A stretch of DNA of 60,202 nt, the filler included, from Asterionella formosa (Eukaryota): the NCBI GenBank assembly GCA_002256025.1. It is 4 parts of 4 records of this genome, joined end to end, with 100 filler letters (N's around TTAATTAATTAA, not from the genome) between each part and the next. Parts side by side here need not be neighbours in the genome. Positions count along the whole stretch, not along the records: positions 1 to 15,003 come from NKIB01005647.1; positions 15,104 to 30,083 come from NKIB01005655.1; 2 more parts are not named here. The stretch is one strand, 5' to 3'. Both the position numbers and the translations under genes were made by a program. The notes below the pieces were generated by a model. That model worked only from the letters and a program-made list of their open reading frames with translations. It was not told the DNA's origin and searched no databases. This document shows, piece after piece, positions 12,206-23,391 of this stretch. Numbering within the stretch: the first letter of the stretch is position 1; each line of letters opens with the position of its first letter.

Positions 12206-12396
12206 GGCAATACACGCCCGAGGAGGTACCTGGTATCATGCCTGCGAGTATACATGTGTTCGAGGCTGGGTGGCGCGAGTAGGTTGACCGTACGAGTGGT
12301 GCCCCCGGCGCTGCGAGATGGTCACCCTACGAGTGGCATCCCAGCCGAGTACACATGTGTACGAGAAGGCATGTACCCACCGAGAAGGGTATTGCT
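12206..12396. mobile_element. Small GC-rich hairpin MITE with GGCAATAC...GTATTGCT ends
   Basis: Imperfect terminal inverted repeats and an internal inverted repeat (ACATGTG...GGCTGGG / CCCAGCC...CACATGT). An inverted homolog lies at 42723 to about 42915. Confidence 0.65.
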
Positions 12397-12398
12397 GA

Positions 12399-12930
12399 GG
12401 CAATTCACAAACTAGCTATCGTCGCCCCATTCGCTTACCTACTGCCCACTCATTCAGTGTAAATGTCAATTTAGCTCGCTATAGCCCATCATATCAAATA
12501 TTTCCTATCTTCACATCCAAATTTGCGATGGGTCCGATATTGCCCATCATTAAAATAATTTTTTTATATTTCCTATCTTCGCATTTTGGCATTTCTATTT
12601 GTAGCAATTGCCCCTCGGTCGTCCAGCCCTGGGATTGCCGATATTGGCAAGGGGTCTACTTAAGGAAATGTTTTTATATAATCTACAGTTTTTAGAATTA
12701 ATATCTGGAATTCACGAATCTGTTGTAATATACATTAATTCTGTTTGTTTCTTAGAATGTGGAAATACAGCTTTGACACAGTCAATCATCAGCCAACCAT
12801 CATGCCCAATCTGAAGCAAAATGTGTTCATTGATGACGAAAGTAGCAACTTGTCATCAAATAGATGTGGTTGGTTGTTGGATAACTCGTCTTTATGTGGG
12901 ATTCATGTCATGTCATCGTACTTACTTTGT
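12399..12930 (+). mobile_element. Left end of a GGCAATTC-ended TIR element
   Basis: Starts GGCAATTCACAAACTAGCTATCGTCGCCCCATTCG, an imperfect inverted match to the right ends at 5850, 42720, 48159 and 50771. 12533-12930 is homologous to about 46410-46790. Confidence 0.75.
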
Positions 12931-13792
12931 CGTGGTGGCGCCAAAATTGTAATTCCTAATTCATTCAAACTCCAAAAGTCTCATCATTCATCATCTGATC
13001 TGTTGGACACTGATGATTTGGATGATTGCTCATCGATACTATCATTGATTGGACTTTTGGGGACCAAGATTCATGGGTTGCGCCAGTAAGGAGTCAATTT
13101 CGTACACCATCATTGTCAGATTTTTGGTGCTATTTCCAGATGTTATGTTCAGTTACAATTCAAAAATGAAATTTTTTAGTATGTTTTCTATGTAAAGATC
13201 AGATATGATGGCTCAGAAGCAAGTTTGATAATGCTTTTTGAGCAGCTCTAAAAGATAGATTCATGTTGTTTTCATTCAATGTTATTATAATTCTAACATA
13301 CTGATTATTTCACAATGACAACGGGAACTAGAAGCAGTTGTTTCACTCAAAGAGCGGTGACAAAGACTGCTAAGCGCAAAGAGCAAGATGGTAACCGGTG
13401 TGCTGCATCGTCATTGTGTGCACTGGCAAGGAAAAAGATGCTTGGGTATGTTGTTGATTGTTGTGTGCTTCCATGCTGCCTGTTTGGTCGATTTCATCCT
13501 AGCTAACATATTCAATCCATTACATTCTTCAGTTTATTGGAACAGAATGAGGTCGCTGCAAATACTGCAAGTATTCCCAAAGTAGCCATTGAAGAAAGTG
13601 ACAACGAAGTAGAATATAGGTGCGTTTGTTGTTGATCGTTGCATCATTGTGCTTCCGTTCCATGGTTTTGCAATCACTCACAGTCGCATAGTTTCTTTCT
13701 TGTCATTGTCAGCTTTGTTAAAGAAACTTGTAAAAGCAATGTGTCCACTACAGCTGTGAAAGATTCCGATTTAGCAAAACACCATTCTGATT

Positions 13793-14749
13793 TTGAAAGC
13801 TCCAGCTCTGTTGATTGTCATGACTCTGATTGCAGCAACAGTAGCACATGTGATTCTGCTGACACCAAGTACTACCAAAGAACTTTTATCGTTGCTTGTT
13901 GATCCTACTAATGCTGGAGCTCATGATTGCCACTATGATTCCCGGAATCCAAAGTCGGTTGCAACTGCTGAAGACTATGCAAATGCCATTCGATCCAGTA
14001 ACAATGTTATTGGATCTGCTACACAAACAGATGTTATCAGGAACCTGACGCACAACACGAGCAGGTATACCAAGGCACTTACCATCATCGAAAGCAGATT
14101 CTTTGAAACTCTTGTCGGAAATCCAACCTTGGGCTTGCTTGCTTGTATGGATCAGGATCCCGACAACGGAAACCAGCCAATCCGTCGATTCTATCTACTA
14201 TGTCATGGCTTACGACGTAACGCTACCAAGCACATCATCAACACTGCTGTGCTTTGGTTCGCAACCAATTTTTTTAAGAAAAAATCACCCTTCATCCTTG
14301 AAAGTGCATCTGACAAAGCCATCGCATCAGCAATGTACCAACCCGAACACTGCCCAAACCAAGCTGAAAGATCTCTTCCGACGCTTCTCCCGTCAAGGCA
14401 TCCCGTATTCCCTGTCGAAGGATTTCAATGGCGAGGGTGAGATTCAAGCATTAAAAAAATGGCAATTGCTGCCAAGCACCGTCCATTGGAATACGGTCAC
14501 AAGCCCATGGCGTCACAGTTCGATCAAGACGAAGACAGGAAGCTATGCGCACTCCGGATGCAACCTTATCTGAATTATGATGATTGCCTCAAGTCCATGG
14601 TATGGAAAATGGGCAAAGCGTTCAGTGTTAGAGGTTCAATTGAAATGTGCGATTTGACTTTCAACAAGGTGACAGCCGGTTTCTTGGACGGACTAGTACG
14701 AACTGTTTTGCTAGTATATCCAAGTGAAGTCGAAAAAATAATGCCCTGA
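13793..14749 (+). pseudogene. Frameshifted N-terminal half of a Crypton-like (DUF3504-type) tyrosine recombinase
   Basis: Joined frames read MYQP/NTAQTKLKDLFRRFSRQGIPY.LSKDFNGEG ... MGKAFSVRGSIEMCDLTF. RG..E resembles the first catalytic Arg box. Truncated by the MITE at 14754. Confidence 0.5.
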
Positions 14750-14753
14750 CGTA

Positions 14754-15003
14754 CCGTAAAACCTGGTGCCTCGTATCCCCCCAGATACCTGTACCCCCCT
14801 TCGTACATCTGGCACAACACCCCCAAATATTTTATGTCTACAGAAAAAATAACAGCATATTATTGTATTCTAGCACTTTATTAATGAATTTACTATAATT
14901 GTATTCTTACCGGTCACCATCATGAAACAACAATCAACAACAACACGAGCGATGCCAATGACATTTGCGATGGCGATATCCTTGTCCTGAGATCTATTTC
15001 AAA
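14754..15003 (+). mobile_element. Left part of a Tc1/mariner-pogo-like MITE (TA|CCGTAAAACC...), cut by the contig end
   Basis: Preceded by TA (14752-14753). Homologous to 31533-31770. Its first 25 nt match the reverse complement of 32221-32245 at 20/25. Confidence 0.75.
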
Positions 15004-15103
15004 NNNNNNNNNNNNNNNNNNNNNNNNNNNNNNNNNNNNNNNNNNNNTTAATTAATTAANNNNNNNNNNNNNNNNNNNNNNNNNNNNNNNNNNNNNNNNN
15101 NNN
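15004..15103. other. Artificial contig linker (N44-TTAATTAATTAA-N44)
   Basis: 100-nt spacer with stops in all six frames; identical to the other two linkers. Confidence 0.98.
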
Positions 15104-15104
15104 C

Positions 15105-15836
15105 CAAGCTACACCGGTGGATGTTTGCCTGGGTCCTCTAGCCATCCTAGCCTTTTTCTTCGCAATGCGCTCCTGCGAATACCTGACGATCACTGGAGAA
15201 CGCCGCACCAAATTACTCCGAGTCCAGGATCTACGTTTCTTTCAGGATCGCACTGACATCACCCATGACCACACAACCAATCATCTTGCCGACATCATCT
15301 GCATCACATTTCGCGATCAGAAAAATGGGGAAAAGGATGAAGCCATCACCCTAAGTCGCACTTCGGACCCCATCATGTGCCCGGTACGCCAAGGGGCTTG
15401 CATTGTCAACAAAATACTGAACATTCCAGGGACCAACACCTCCTCGGCGATTAACACCTACATGTCCGGGACACAAACTTACACACTCAAAGCCGAGACC
15501 GCGATAAAAAGAGTTCGCACACTGGCTACAACGCTTGGACGGGACCACCTTGGTTATGACCCACTGGACATTGGACTACATTCGATTCGCAGTGCGGCGG
15601 CCATGGCGATGATACTTTCTGGGGTACCAAACTACATGGTGATGCTCATAGGAAGATGGAAATCCGACGCATTTCTAATTTACATTCGCAAGCAAGTGGC
15701 GGAATTCACGAAGACTGTCAGCCAAAAGATGATCACAACTACCACCTTCTTTCACCCTCCAGACAACACACCGGCATTTACATCTCGGTCGACAATGGCA
15801 GGGCGAGACGCGCATGCCACGGCTCATCTCACATAA
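15105..15836 (+). CDS. Tyrosine recombinase of the retrotransposon (5'-truncated by the contig start)
   Basis: FFFAMRSCEY (Arg), DQKNG, DPIMCPV, GLHSIRSAAAMAM (HxxR) and GRWKSDAFLIYIR (Trp/Tyr): intact catalytic set. Confidence 0.9.
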   Translation, partial: QATPVDVCLGPLAILAFFFAMRSCEYLTITGERRTKLLRVQDLRFFQDRTDITHDHTTNHLADIICITFRDQKNGEKDEAITLSRTSDPIMCPVRQGACIVNKILNIPGTNTSSAINTYMSGTQTYTLKAETAIKRVRTLATTLGRDHLGYDPLDIGLHSIRSAAAMAMILSGVPNYMVMLIGRWKSDAFLIYIRKQVAEFTKTVSQKMITTTTFFHPPDNTPAFTSRSTMAGRDAHATAHLT

Positions 15837-15857
15837 TTCGTCGTGACTCGAAAGTGG

Positions 15858-16725
15858 CTCGGCAAAGCGCAACTCGACTGCCGCAGAACCCGGAGATTGG
15901 ATCTGGACCTCAAACACGGATTCGAGAATGGGACACATTTACTTAGCACCGAATTCAAAAAACCATTTATGCTATTTCTACTTAGTATTCCTGGCTCATT
16001 ATTCTATTATTCTATGGATCGCTTTCATATATTCCAGCGATGTATCTACGAAGCTACAACACAGACTAAATATGGAGAAAGACGAAATGGACAAGACGGT
16101 AATTGTGTCGAAGTTACTTCGTTTATATTACGGACAAGGACAGACGCGATGGAGTTATACCAGACGAGCACCGGACGCACTAGAAAAACCACGCGATGCG
16201 AATCGAAGGAGTCGAAGCTGAGAAATTAATATAGCGACAACGCGACTATTAAGTTCTAGCTTTTAGAGTTGAATCGAACAACCAAGAATCGGCAGCTAAG
16301 ACAACAAGGGAAGAAGACAGCAACCACGCGAGGTTAAACAAGAAAGTAGTAGTACAGGGGTGAAGCACACAATTCTTTGAATAACGATTCAGAGAAGCAG
16401 TCTAAAGCATCGCCAAGCCTTTCGCAATTTATAGTCTAAATCACCCACCCTACGTCCCTCCCTCGGCAAAGCGCAACTCGACTGCCGCAGAACCCGGAGA
16501 TTGGATCTGGACCTCAAACACGGATTCGAGAATGGGACACATTTACTTAGCACCGAATTCAAAAACCATTTATGCTATTTCTACTTAGTATTCCTGGCTC
16601 ATTATTCTATTATTCTATGGATCGCTTTCATATATTCCAGCGATGTATCTACGAAGCTACAACACAGACTAAATATGGAGAAAGACGAAATGGACAAGAC
16701 GGTAATTGTGTCGAAGTTACTTCGT
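15858..16725 (+). repeat. Direct repeats B1 (15858-16122, 265 bp) and B2 (16462-16725, 264 bp)
   Basis: Identical by eye except one A in the TTCAAAAA(A)CC run. Confidence 0.95.
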
Positions 16726-16979
16726 ACCGGTACATGAGTCGTAAAATTTATCACATAATAAATATGTATATACATCCTACATGCAAATAGTGGTATATGA
16801 TTACCGGTTTTTTGGTTGGATGTATGTTTTTGATACCGGTATACAACGGTATGTAAAACTGTATCATACCACCATGAATATTCATACGTGTATATCGGCA
16901 ATAAAATTGCCGATCATTGTTGTCACCCACTTCGTTGTTTCATCATTTCACGAGAATCGTTTGCCCGTTGTTCAAGGAG

Positions 16980-18338
16980 ATGTTGTGCCTTATATTGATG
17001 CCTTTCGTGTTGGGCGCAAAGTCTGCGGAAGCATTTGGACCAAATCCTAACCAGATCCGAATTGGCAACTTTCACTCGACGCAATCGATGAATTCCATTC
17101 GCTTAGTTGTCCCTTTCACATCACAAATTAAGAAAGCAAGCCCTATTCCATGCCTAAATCTGTCTCCGGTTGATATGATTCCCACAGAAAGTCTGGCATT
17201 TATCGAACAGATCAACCTCAGCATAGGCCAAGACGAAGCAGAAGCATTCGCGGGCCCCCTTTTTGGTATCAGCTTATTCCCCTACCTAGCCTTCCTATAC
17301 TTTCTCAACGTCCCAGAGAACGAGTGCCCGAAAGGAGTGACAGTCGGATTCGCAACCTGTCTTCTCTTTGTTTTTCTAACCATTCCAGCTGCTATCGCCG
17401 CCAAAATTCTCTATGGCGTGTCACTTGCTGACAGTGACTGGCTTCATGGATCGGCGGAGAGTCTCTTGACAATCACTAATTTGGTGACTGTCGTTGCCTT
17501 TCGGCAAGCTCTTCGTGCTAAAGAGAGGGATTCGCCCATGCCAGAGAGCGCAGAAAGCTATGCACCCATGACTTGGCTAGTTGTCATATTGACCGGCATC
17601 GCCTGTGTAACGGCATTCGTACCGGCGGCGATGGGACCAGATGTGCATACACCTTATTTGGGAGGTGTCATGGACCTATCGTTTAGCTTCGAAACCATTG
17701 GAGCCCACCCAGAACCCGAAAACGCACTGACCGTGGCAACTTGGATCATTCATATTTCCTCATTGATCGAATTCCTTGTTGCTATGGGATTCGCATGGCG
17801 GTGGGCTGACGTTGTCGACAATCCGAAATGGAAGGGATTAACATGGGGTTTGTTGCCCCTTCATTCCTCAGGAATTACTGCTTGTGCCTACCATATGCTA
17901 TACAACCGCGTTCCTATAATGGTGCCACTGCAGGCGCTACTCACATGCATTGGAAATACGACTGCTGCTTATGCAGCTCTAAGAATAGCCCTCTCAAATG
18001 GCTGGGTCCCCTCATTGGACCTGTTGAAACCTCTGACTGCTTTTGGAGATGGTGACAAAATTACTGGACGAGTATCAAGGAAAGAATCACTAACGCTAGT
18101 CGGTTTCGAGGACATTGGAGATTTGTTAGAGGGTGATGATGATTACAGCTTTCTTCTCAAGCTCTTTGGCGGTTGTGCGCTCGCTTCTTATGCAATAAAA
18201 TACGGCGAAACATTTTTTGGATTTCCGTATGAAGCCGACGTTTATGTTGGCCTATCGCTCATTGCTGTACCATCAATGTTGAATGCATTCAAATGGTACA
18301 AGCGAAGTCAAGATCATTCATTCGATGGTTGGTTTTAA
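16980..18338 (+). CDS. Plastid-targeted membrane protein, DUF3593 + DUF2499 (Ycf49-like) fusion
   Basis: Presequence MLCLILMPFVLGAKSAEAF (ASAF-like). SLFPYLAFLYFL...DWLHGSAESLLTITNL is DUF3593. NALTVATWIIHISSLIEF...WKGLTWGLLP is DUF2499. Intronless. Confidence 0.85.
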   Translation: MLCLILMPFVLGAKSAEAFGPNPNQIRIGNFHSTQSMNSIRLVVPFTSQIKKASPIPCLNLSPVDMIPTESLAFIEQINLSIGQDEAEAFAGPLFGISLFPYLAFLYFLNVPENECPKGVTVGFATCLLFVFLTIPAAIAAKILYGVSLADSDWLHGSAESLLTITNLVTVVAFRQALRAKERDSPMPESAESYAPMTWLVVILTGIACVTAFVPAAMGPDVHTPYLGGVMDLSFSFETIGAHPEPENALTVATWIIHISSLIEFLVAMGFAWRWADVVDNPKWKGLTWGLLPLHSSGITACAYHMLYNRVPIMVPLQALLTCIGNTTAAYAALRIALSNGWVPSLDLLKPLTAFGDGDKITGRVSRKESLTLVGFEDIGDLLEGDDDYSFLLKLFGGCALASYAIKYGETFFGFPYEADVYVGLSLIAVPSMLNAFKWYKRSQDHSFDGWF

Positions 18339-18382
18339 AGGATAAAAGGCTTAAAATTTCCCTGAGATTTACAATGACTACT

Positions 18383-19672
18383 TCACACGATCGCTTTGAT
18401 CGCTTCCGCAACCCGATTAAGCTCAACACAGAAGCCAGTAATTGATTTGTCCCAATTTGATTGCTCAGTCCCTATTGCAGAAAACATTAACACGCCTTCT
18501 ACCTGGTCGATGGATCCATGCAATGAAGATTCCATAATCATGGTTGCCGCAACCTTTTCGGCTTTGCGCCGATCGACCCCCAAAATGTTTCCGAGCGCGT
18601 TAAAATAAATGGATTTGTACAGTTTACTGACTGCAATCATATTGTGCTCAAGCACCGAACGTTCAATGATCGTCAATCCATCGCCCATTACAGCTCGTTG
18701 ATGTTCAGCCAACGAGGATTCAAATTTGGTGAGTTCTTCTTTATGGATAACTTGATTCAAATACATCTTCCTTAGGATCGTCGAATGTGTTTCAAAAGTG
18801 GGGATTGAGTCAAGTTGTGACAATCTACCATCATTGTAAATGTGTCCAAGGATACGATGTCGCTGGGGTCCACTCGGAGCCAGTATCGCACATGTACCAG
18901 CACGTCCCAACATATTGAGCAAGTCATCGGCTTCAATCATATCGGTAGCACTTTGACTCAAGTCATGATAGCGTGATGCAGCTTGGAGGAACTTGCGGTT
19001 GGCGTCAAGTACGCGGGCATATGTGGACTTGTATCGCAGTACCAACGCCATGTGCTGTTCAGGGTTCTCGATTGATTCAACAATCGCACCAGCCTTGGCG
19101 ACGGCTCCATCCGCTTCAACCGTTTCATCTTCTTCCAAAAAGCATTCCGCAACCTTTACAAAAACTATACGTGACAAAGTGATGTGAGTGCTCCCGTGCA
19201 AAGTGGCATACAAACTCCATTTCCGTGGGTCGAGTAACTGCTAGCTCCACTGAACAAGCTGCTAGTTCCACTTACCGTCGCATCGATCCGCAGCAGTCAT
19301 GTAGTAAGTACTTCCTTCCAAATCCTCCATTCTCGTCCCAGCCAGAACTCTAGCGGCTCCTGAATAGTCCTCTTCTGTGTTGACCTTGTAGTCAAAGAGC
19401 AACTGACGCAGCTTGTTGTCTGCTGCATGCTCGACAGCACTTGGGAGATTTCCGAGCGCAATCGCCATGACTTGCATGACTTCGGCAGACGCAAACGCAG
19501 CAGGCAAGAACGTGCTAGAGGCGACAGCGGCTCTGACAAAGTATCCAGCTATCGATCGCTGTTCACCTTGGCCAAGTGCCTGCATGCATCCGGTCGAGAA
19601 CATGGCAGCTAACCCATTGTAGTCGTTGCTACCGATCGCGGTATCAATCGATCGCGTTAAATTGTCCATCAT
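18383..19672 (-). CDS. CSN4: COP9 signalosome subunit 4 (392 aa); exons 19672-19276 and 19164-18383
   Basis: YARVLDANRKFLQAASRY, CAILAPSGPQR, LAEHQRA..GDG.T..ERSVLEHN and a PCI C-terminus. One 111-nt GT-AG intron restores the frame. Confidence 0.93.
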
Positions 19673-19987
19673 AAACGTTGCGTTGTTCGATGCTATGTTC
19701 TTTGAATGATTTAGAATTTAGATTACCAGTAAAATTCCAGGTAGTCAAAAGTTATGTGGAAGCATCGTTTTCAACCATGAGAGCATGGATCACATTCTGC
19801 GTGTATTGCTGATTTTACTAGCGGTATGCTGTAGTCTACTGTTACATCAATCAAATAATACCCGTAGTTATCATATTAGATTAGACTATACTATTACTCC
19901 CTTCATTTGTTAGTGCACCATCTACAGAAATTTATAGAGTGCTTTCAAAACTGCACAAAAACTCCAAAAATAAGAAGATATCATAGA

Positions 19988-20859
19988 ATGGGACAGCTCT
20001 CAAGGTCGAAGCTGATATTGATTCTTGCTTTCCTTATCCCTTCTTCCTTGGCGCTCTCTACACGGAGTAGAAAGACGGAACAAGGACTTGGAGAGCTTTA
20101 TGCTAGTCGTCCCGACGAGACGCTTACTCGTGCGACACGGCGTCAGATACTTTCCTTTGCTGCTTCCGTAACTACCTTTGGCGTTTTTCCCGGGCTAGTT
20201 TCTGCTTTTCCGAACAAAATCAGCGACAAATATGATGATCGACCAAAAAGAAAGGGACCTCAGGTAGGTGGTTTCTTCTTTGAATCATCCAAAACAATAA
20301 ACCTCACTGCTCCACCAACATCACCGTCGCTCACATCTCGCAGCCCAAGGATCTAGGTGTTGCCACGCGGAAAGATATGATTGGTGAAGAGTACATGGGT
20401 CTTAAGAATTGTGGACCAGCACCAAATTGTTTCTGTTCCACAGATGCGGCTGAAGATGACCCTGAACACTACATTCCAGCATGGGTATGGCCGAAAAACC
20501 TTGGGAAGGAAGCTGCGTTTCATCAATTGGAAGAAACAATCAGTTCCTACAAGCCAGGACAAGGGAATATAGATGGCGGTGGATTTGAGATTATAACGTC
20601 CAAGCCAGGTTATCTATACTGTCAATTTGAGTCTCTGAAAAACGGCTATATCGACGATTTTGAAGTCGCCTTCATTAATGGACAAGGAGAGAACATGGTA
20701 CAAGTGAGATCAAGCAGTCGAGTCGGGTATTTAGATTATGGAGTCAATGCCAAACGAATAAATTACATTGCAAAAGCATTGCGGGAAAAAGGCTGGATAG
20801 CAGAAGGTGTTGACTTGAAGAACCATGCAGAATATACAGCTCAGAACCAACTGCTGTGA
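19988..20859 (+). CDS. DUF1499 family protein with N-terminal targeting sequence; exons 19988-20263 and 20344-20859
   Basis: [21 protein letters not shown] and [20 protein letters not shown]. 80-nt GT-AG intron. Hydrophobic leader plus an RR motif suggests plastid or thylakoid targeting. Confidence 0.85.
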
Positions 20860-22083
20860 GTGTCAATACTATATAAGGTAATACCAGGGTACCAAAAATA
20901 CTTTCGTACTTTTGTTCTTGCATTGTACATGTTGTTAGTTAGATATTCTGGTGCAAAGTAAATTATCAAAGCCCAATACAGGAACAACTTGTATTGGATG
21001 ATATTGCCATGGGAAATATGGGCACCTTGCATCATTGGAGCAAGTCCCAAAGTTGTTTTCAACTTGTATTGGACTTGATTTATAAACAACATTTCGCCTA
21101 TACAAGGTGATCCTTTTATTGGATTTATAGAGTACCTTGTAATCCTTATTTTGGAATCGAACATAACCTTGTATTGGAGAATTCCACCTTGTATTGAAGA
21201 AACAAATAACCAATACCTTGGATTGGAAAATGTTGTGATGCCCACCAATACAAGTTAGTACGCCTGGATTTGGAAAATGCACCAAAAATCTATTGGCAAT
21301 TTAATTTTTTATTTTTGTTTCCTGTTTTTACAAAATATACTGGTAACTTAATTATGGGTAATACTGCCACAATGCATGTGAAGATATGGCACCTGTGCTC
21401 AATGAGTTATGTTGTAGTATTGTATTTTTTATCACTTTGCATTGCTGGATATATAAAATGGGGTATGGTATGGTTTATGAAACGATGCAATTCATGATGA
21501 TGATTCATTTGATGCTTAATCAAGAATATAGCATCAATGGCTTCAATGGGTCACGAGGACTGTGGACTCGACTGTAGTCCAATGAATCAAATGGTGCGTT
21601 CCCATGTCAAGGAACTTGCTAACGAGATTCATGTTTCAGATGAATCAGAAGAAAGATTGCAACAACGAAAAGGGAACATGAAAAACAGTTTCTCAAAGTG
21701 TGATGAATGGGATTGAAACTAGGTTTTTAGTTTAAGCTTATAATTTTAAGAAACAGTGAGAATTGACAGAGAAAGGTCAAACGCTAAGAATCAGCAAGAA
21801 GGATAAACTAGCAAGAAGGCTAAGTACTCAGTAGAAGCAACCATTGGTATAAATAATTACGAGTACTACAACAGGTAAGCTCAACGAAAGGAGATACCCG
21901 CACGCAGGAAGCAAGAGTACAAGGGTTTTAACAAGAACACCGGTACTTCGAAATGCCGACATGACAACTCTCAACAATAATTTGTGGCAGCAGCCGCTGA
22001 TGATGTGTGTTGGTCTAAATTAGGAGCCATCATTTGTTAATTTCACGAGGCATCACACCTTCTCAATTGATTCTCCTGATCAA

Positions 22084-23391
22084 ATGGCAGAAAGCATAAC
22101 GGGACAAGCGTTGCAGTCTCCTGACGATGATCCGGCAAGGAGCAATTTTTTGTTATCACCAAAACTACATGAGTTTTACAACACCCACATTGATGCTGTT
22201 CAGTCGTTGCTGTCGTCAGATTTGAAACTTCCTCGTTTTGTCCGGCTGAACCCTCGCTACGAACAGGAAGAGACTTTGAGTATGCTCACCGCTGAGATGC
22301 AGCATGCTCCGAAACAAATTACTTGGCTGGATTCGAGCCTTGGATTCTTTGCTGTGGGTGGTGAATTTAAGCTTGCTCAATCTGCCTCCTTTCGATCCGG
22401 CAGAGTCTATGGGATGGATGTCAGTTCAGGCGCCGCCGTCGCAGCATTGCTTTCTGACAGATATGATAAGAAGAAATTTGAATCTAGGGATGCAGAAAGT
22501 GAAGACTTTCGAGTCTTGGATTTGTGCTGCTGTCCAGGCTTAAAGTTGTGTGCTATTGCTGACATACTGATATCGAAGCCCAACACAGTGAATGTTGTTG
22601 GTGTTGATATATCGGAACAACGACTCTCGCTCTGTAAGAAAATTATTAAGAAATATCATGTGGATCCGATGACCTCTGGGCGAAAGTCGGACCGAAAATC
22701 CAACTTGAGCATCAGGTTGTATCATGCTGATGGTGTTTCTTTTGGTACCAAAACGGGGGCAAATAAGATTGTTTTTGACTCAGGAGCTGCATTAGAGGAC
22801 TCTTGCCATGCCGGCAAGAGAAAGAGAATGAATAAAAGTGCTAGGGCTAGAGAAAAGAAGAAACTTGGTACGCTTCGTTCTCTCGACCTCACAGAAGCAC
22901 TTCGTGTACAGAACAACGCTTCAGAAGTACAACAATTCGACCGGGTCCTAGTTGATGCAGAATGTACTACAGATGGTTCCATCAAGCATATGCAGCAGCA
23001 ACTGCGGAAGTCCGTTCTTTTCAGAAGCAATGAAACAGCTGCACAATGTCTTGAGAACCGAACACTCACTGACCCTATTCAGTTGGGTAAGCTTGTCGAG
23101 CTACAACAGAGTCTTATATCTACGGGATTTAGGTTACTAAAATCAGGAGGTTTTCTCGTGTATTCCACTTGTTCCCTATCGACCGAACAAAATGAGCATG
23201 TTGTGCAGTGGCTTCTTGGGGATAACCCATGCAGTGCGGAGCTTGTTCCTGTAAGTTTCAACGCTAATTCAGTTTCTGTGGTTGAAGGGAAAATACCTGG
23301 TACTGTCCGCTTTCTTCCTACTGTTCCAGGAGACGACGCAAATGACTTCTTTGGTGGTGGGTTTTTCCTGGCAAAGATCAGAAAATTGTAG
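22084..23391 (+). CDS. NOL1/NOP2/Sun (NSUN/RsmB-F) RNA cytosine-5 methyltransferase
   Basis: VLDLCCCPGLK, FDRVLVDAECT, LVYSTCSL..EQNEHVV and GFFLAKIRK. Confidence 0.9.
   Translation: MAESITGQALQSPDDDPARSNFLLSPKLHEFYNTHIDAVQSLLSSDLKLPRFVRLNPRYEQEETLSMLTAEMQHAPKQITWLDSSLGFFAVGGEFKLAQSASFRSGRVYGMDVSSGAAVAALLSDRYDKKKFESRDAESEDFRVLDLCCCPGLKLCAIADILISKPNTVNVVGVDISEQRLSLCKKIIKKYHVDPMTSGRKSDRKSNLSIRLYHADGVSFGTKTGANKIVFDSGAALEDSCHAGKRKRMNKSARAREKKKLGTLRSLDLTEALRVQNNASEVQQFDRVLVDAECTTDGSIKHMQQQLRKSVLFRSNETAAQCLENRTLTDPIQLGKLVELQQSLISTGFRLLKSGGFLVYSTCSLSTEQNEHVVQWLLGDNPCSAELVPVSFNANSVSVVEGKIPGTVRFLPTVPGDDANDFFGGGFFLAKIRKL

Larger units (their letters stand above)
15104..16725 (+). mobile_element. 3' part of an Ngaro-type (DIRS-group) YR retrotransposon
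   Basis: YR ORF followed by repeat B1 (15858-16122), a 339-bp spacer (putative A2, 16123-16461) and repeat B2 (16462-16725). This is the split-direct-repeat layout of Ngaro/PAT elements. Confidence 0.85.

Noticed and set aside
15004..15103. TTAATTAATTAA palindrome inside N runs (also at 30128 and 45192) as a biological site
   Set aside because: Identical 100-nt six-frame-stop linker. The flanking pieces decrease in length (15003, 14980, 14964, 14955 bp), showing concatenated contigs.
15117..15836. Phage or bacterial integrase indicating a prophage or contamination
   Set aside because: The GRWKS..F..YIR motif and the downstream split direct repeats fit a eukaryotic YR retrotransposon, and neighbouring genes have spliceosomal introns.
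13793..16725. The Crypton-like relic and the Ngaro YR as one recombinase gene or cluster
   Set aside because: They lie on different contigs separated by the artificial linker, and a MITE intervenes.
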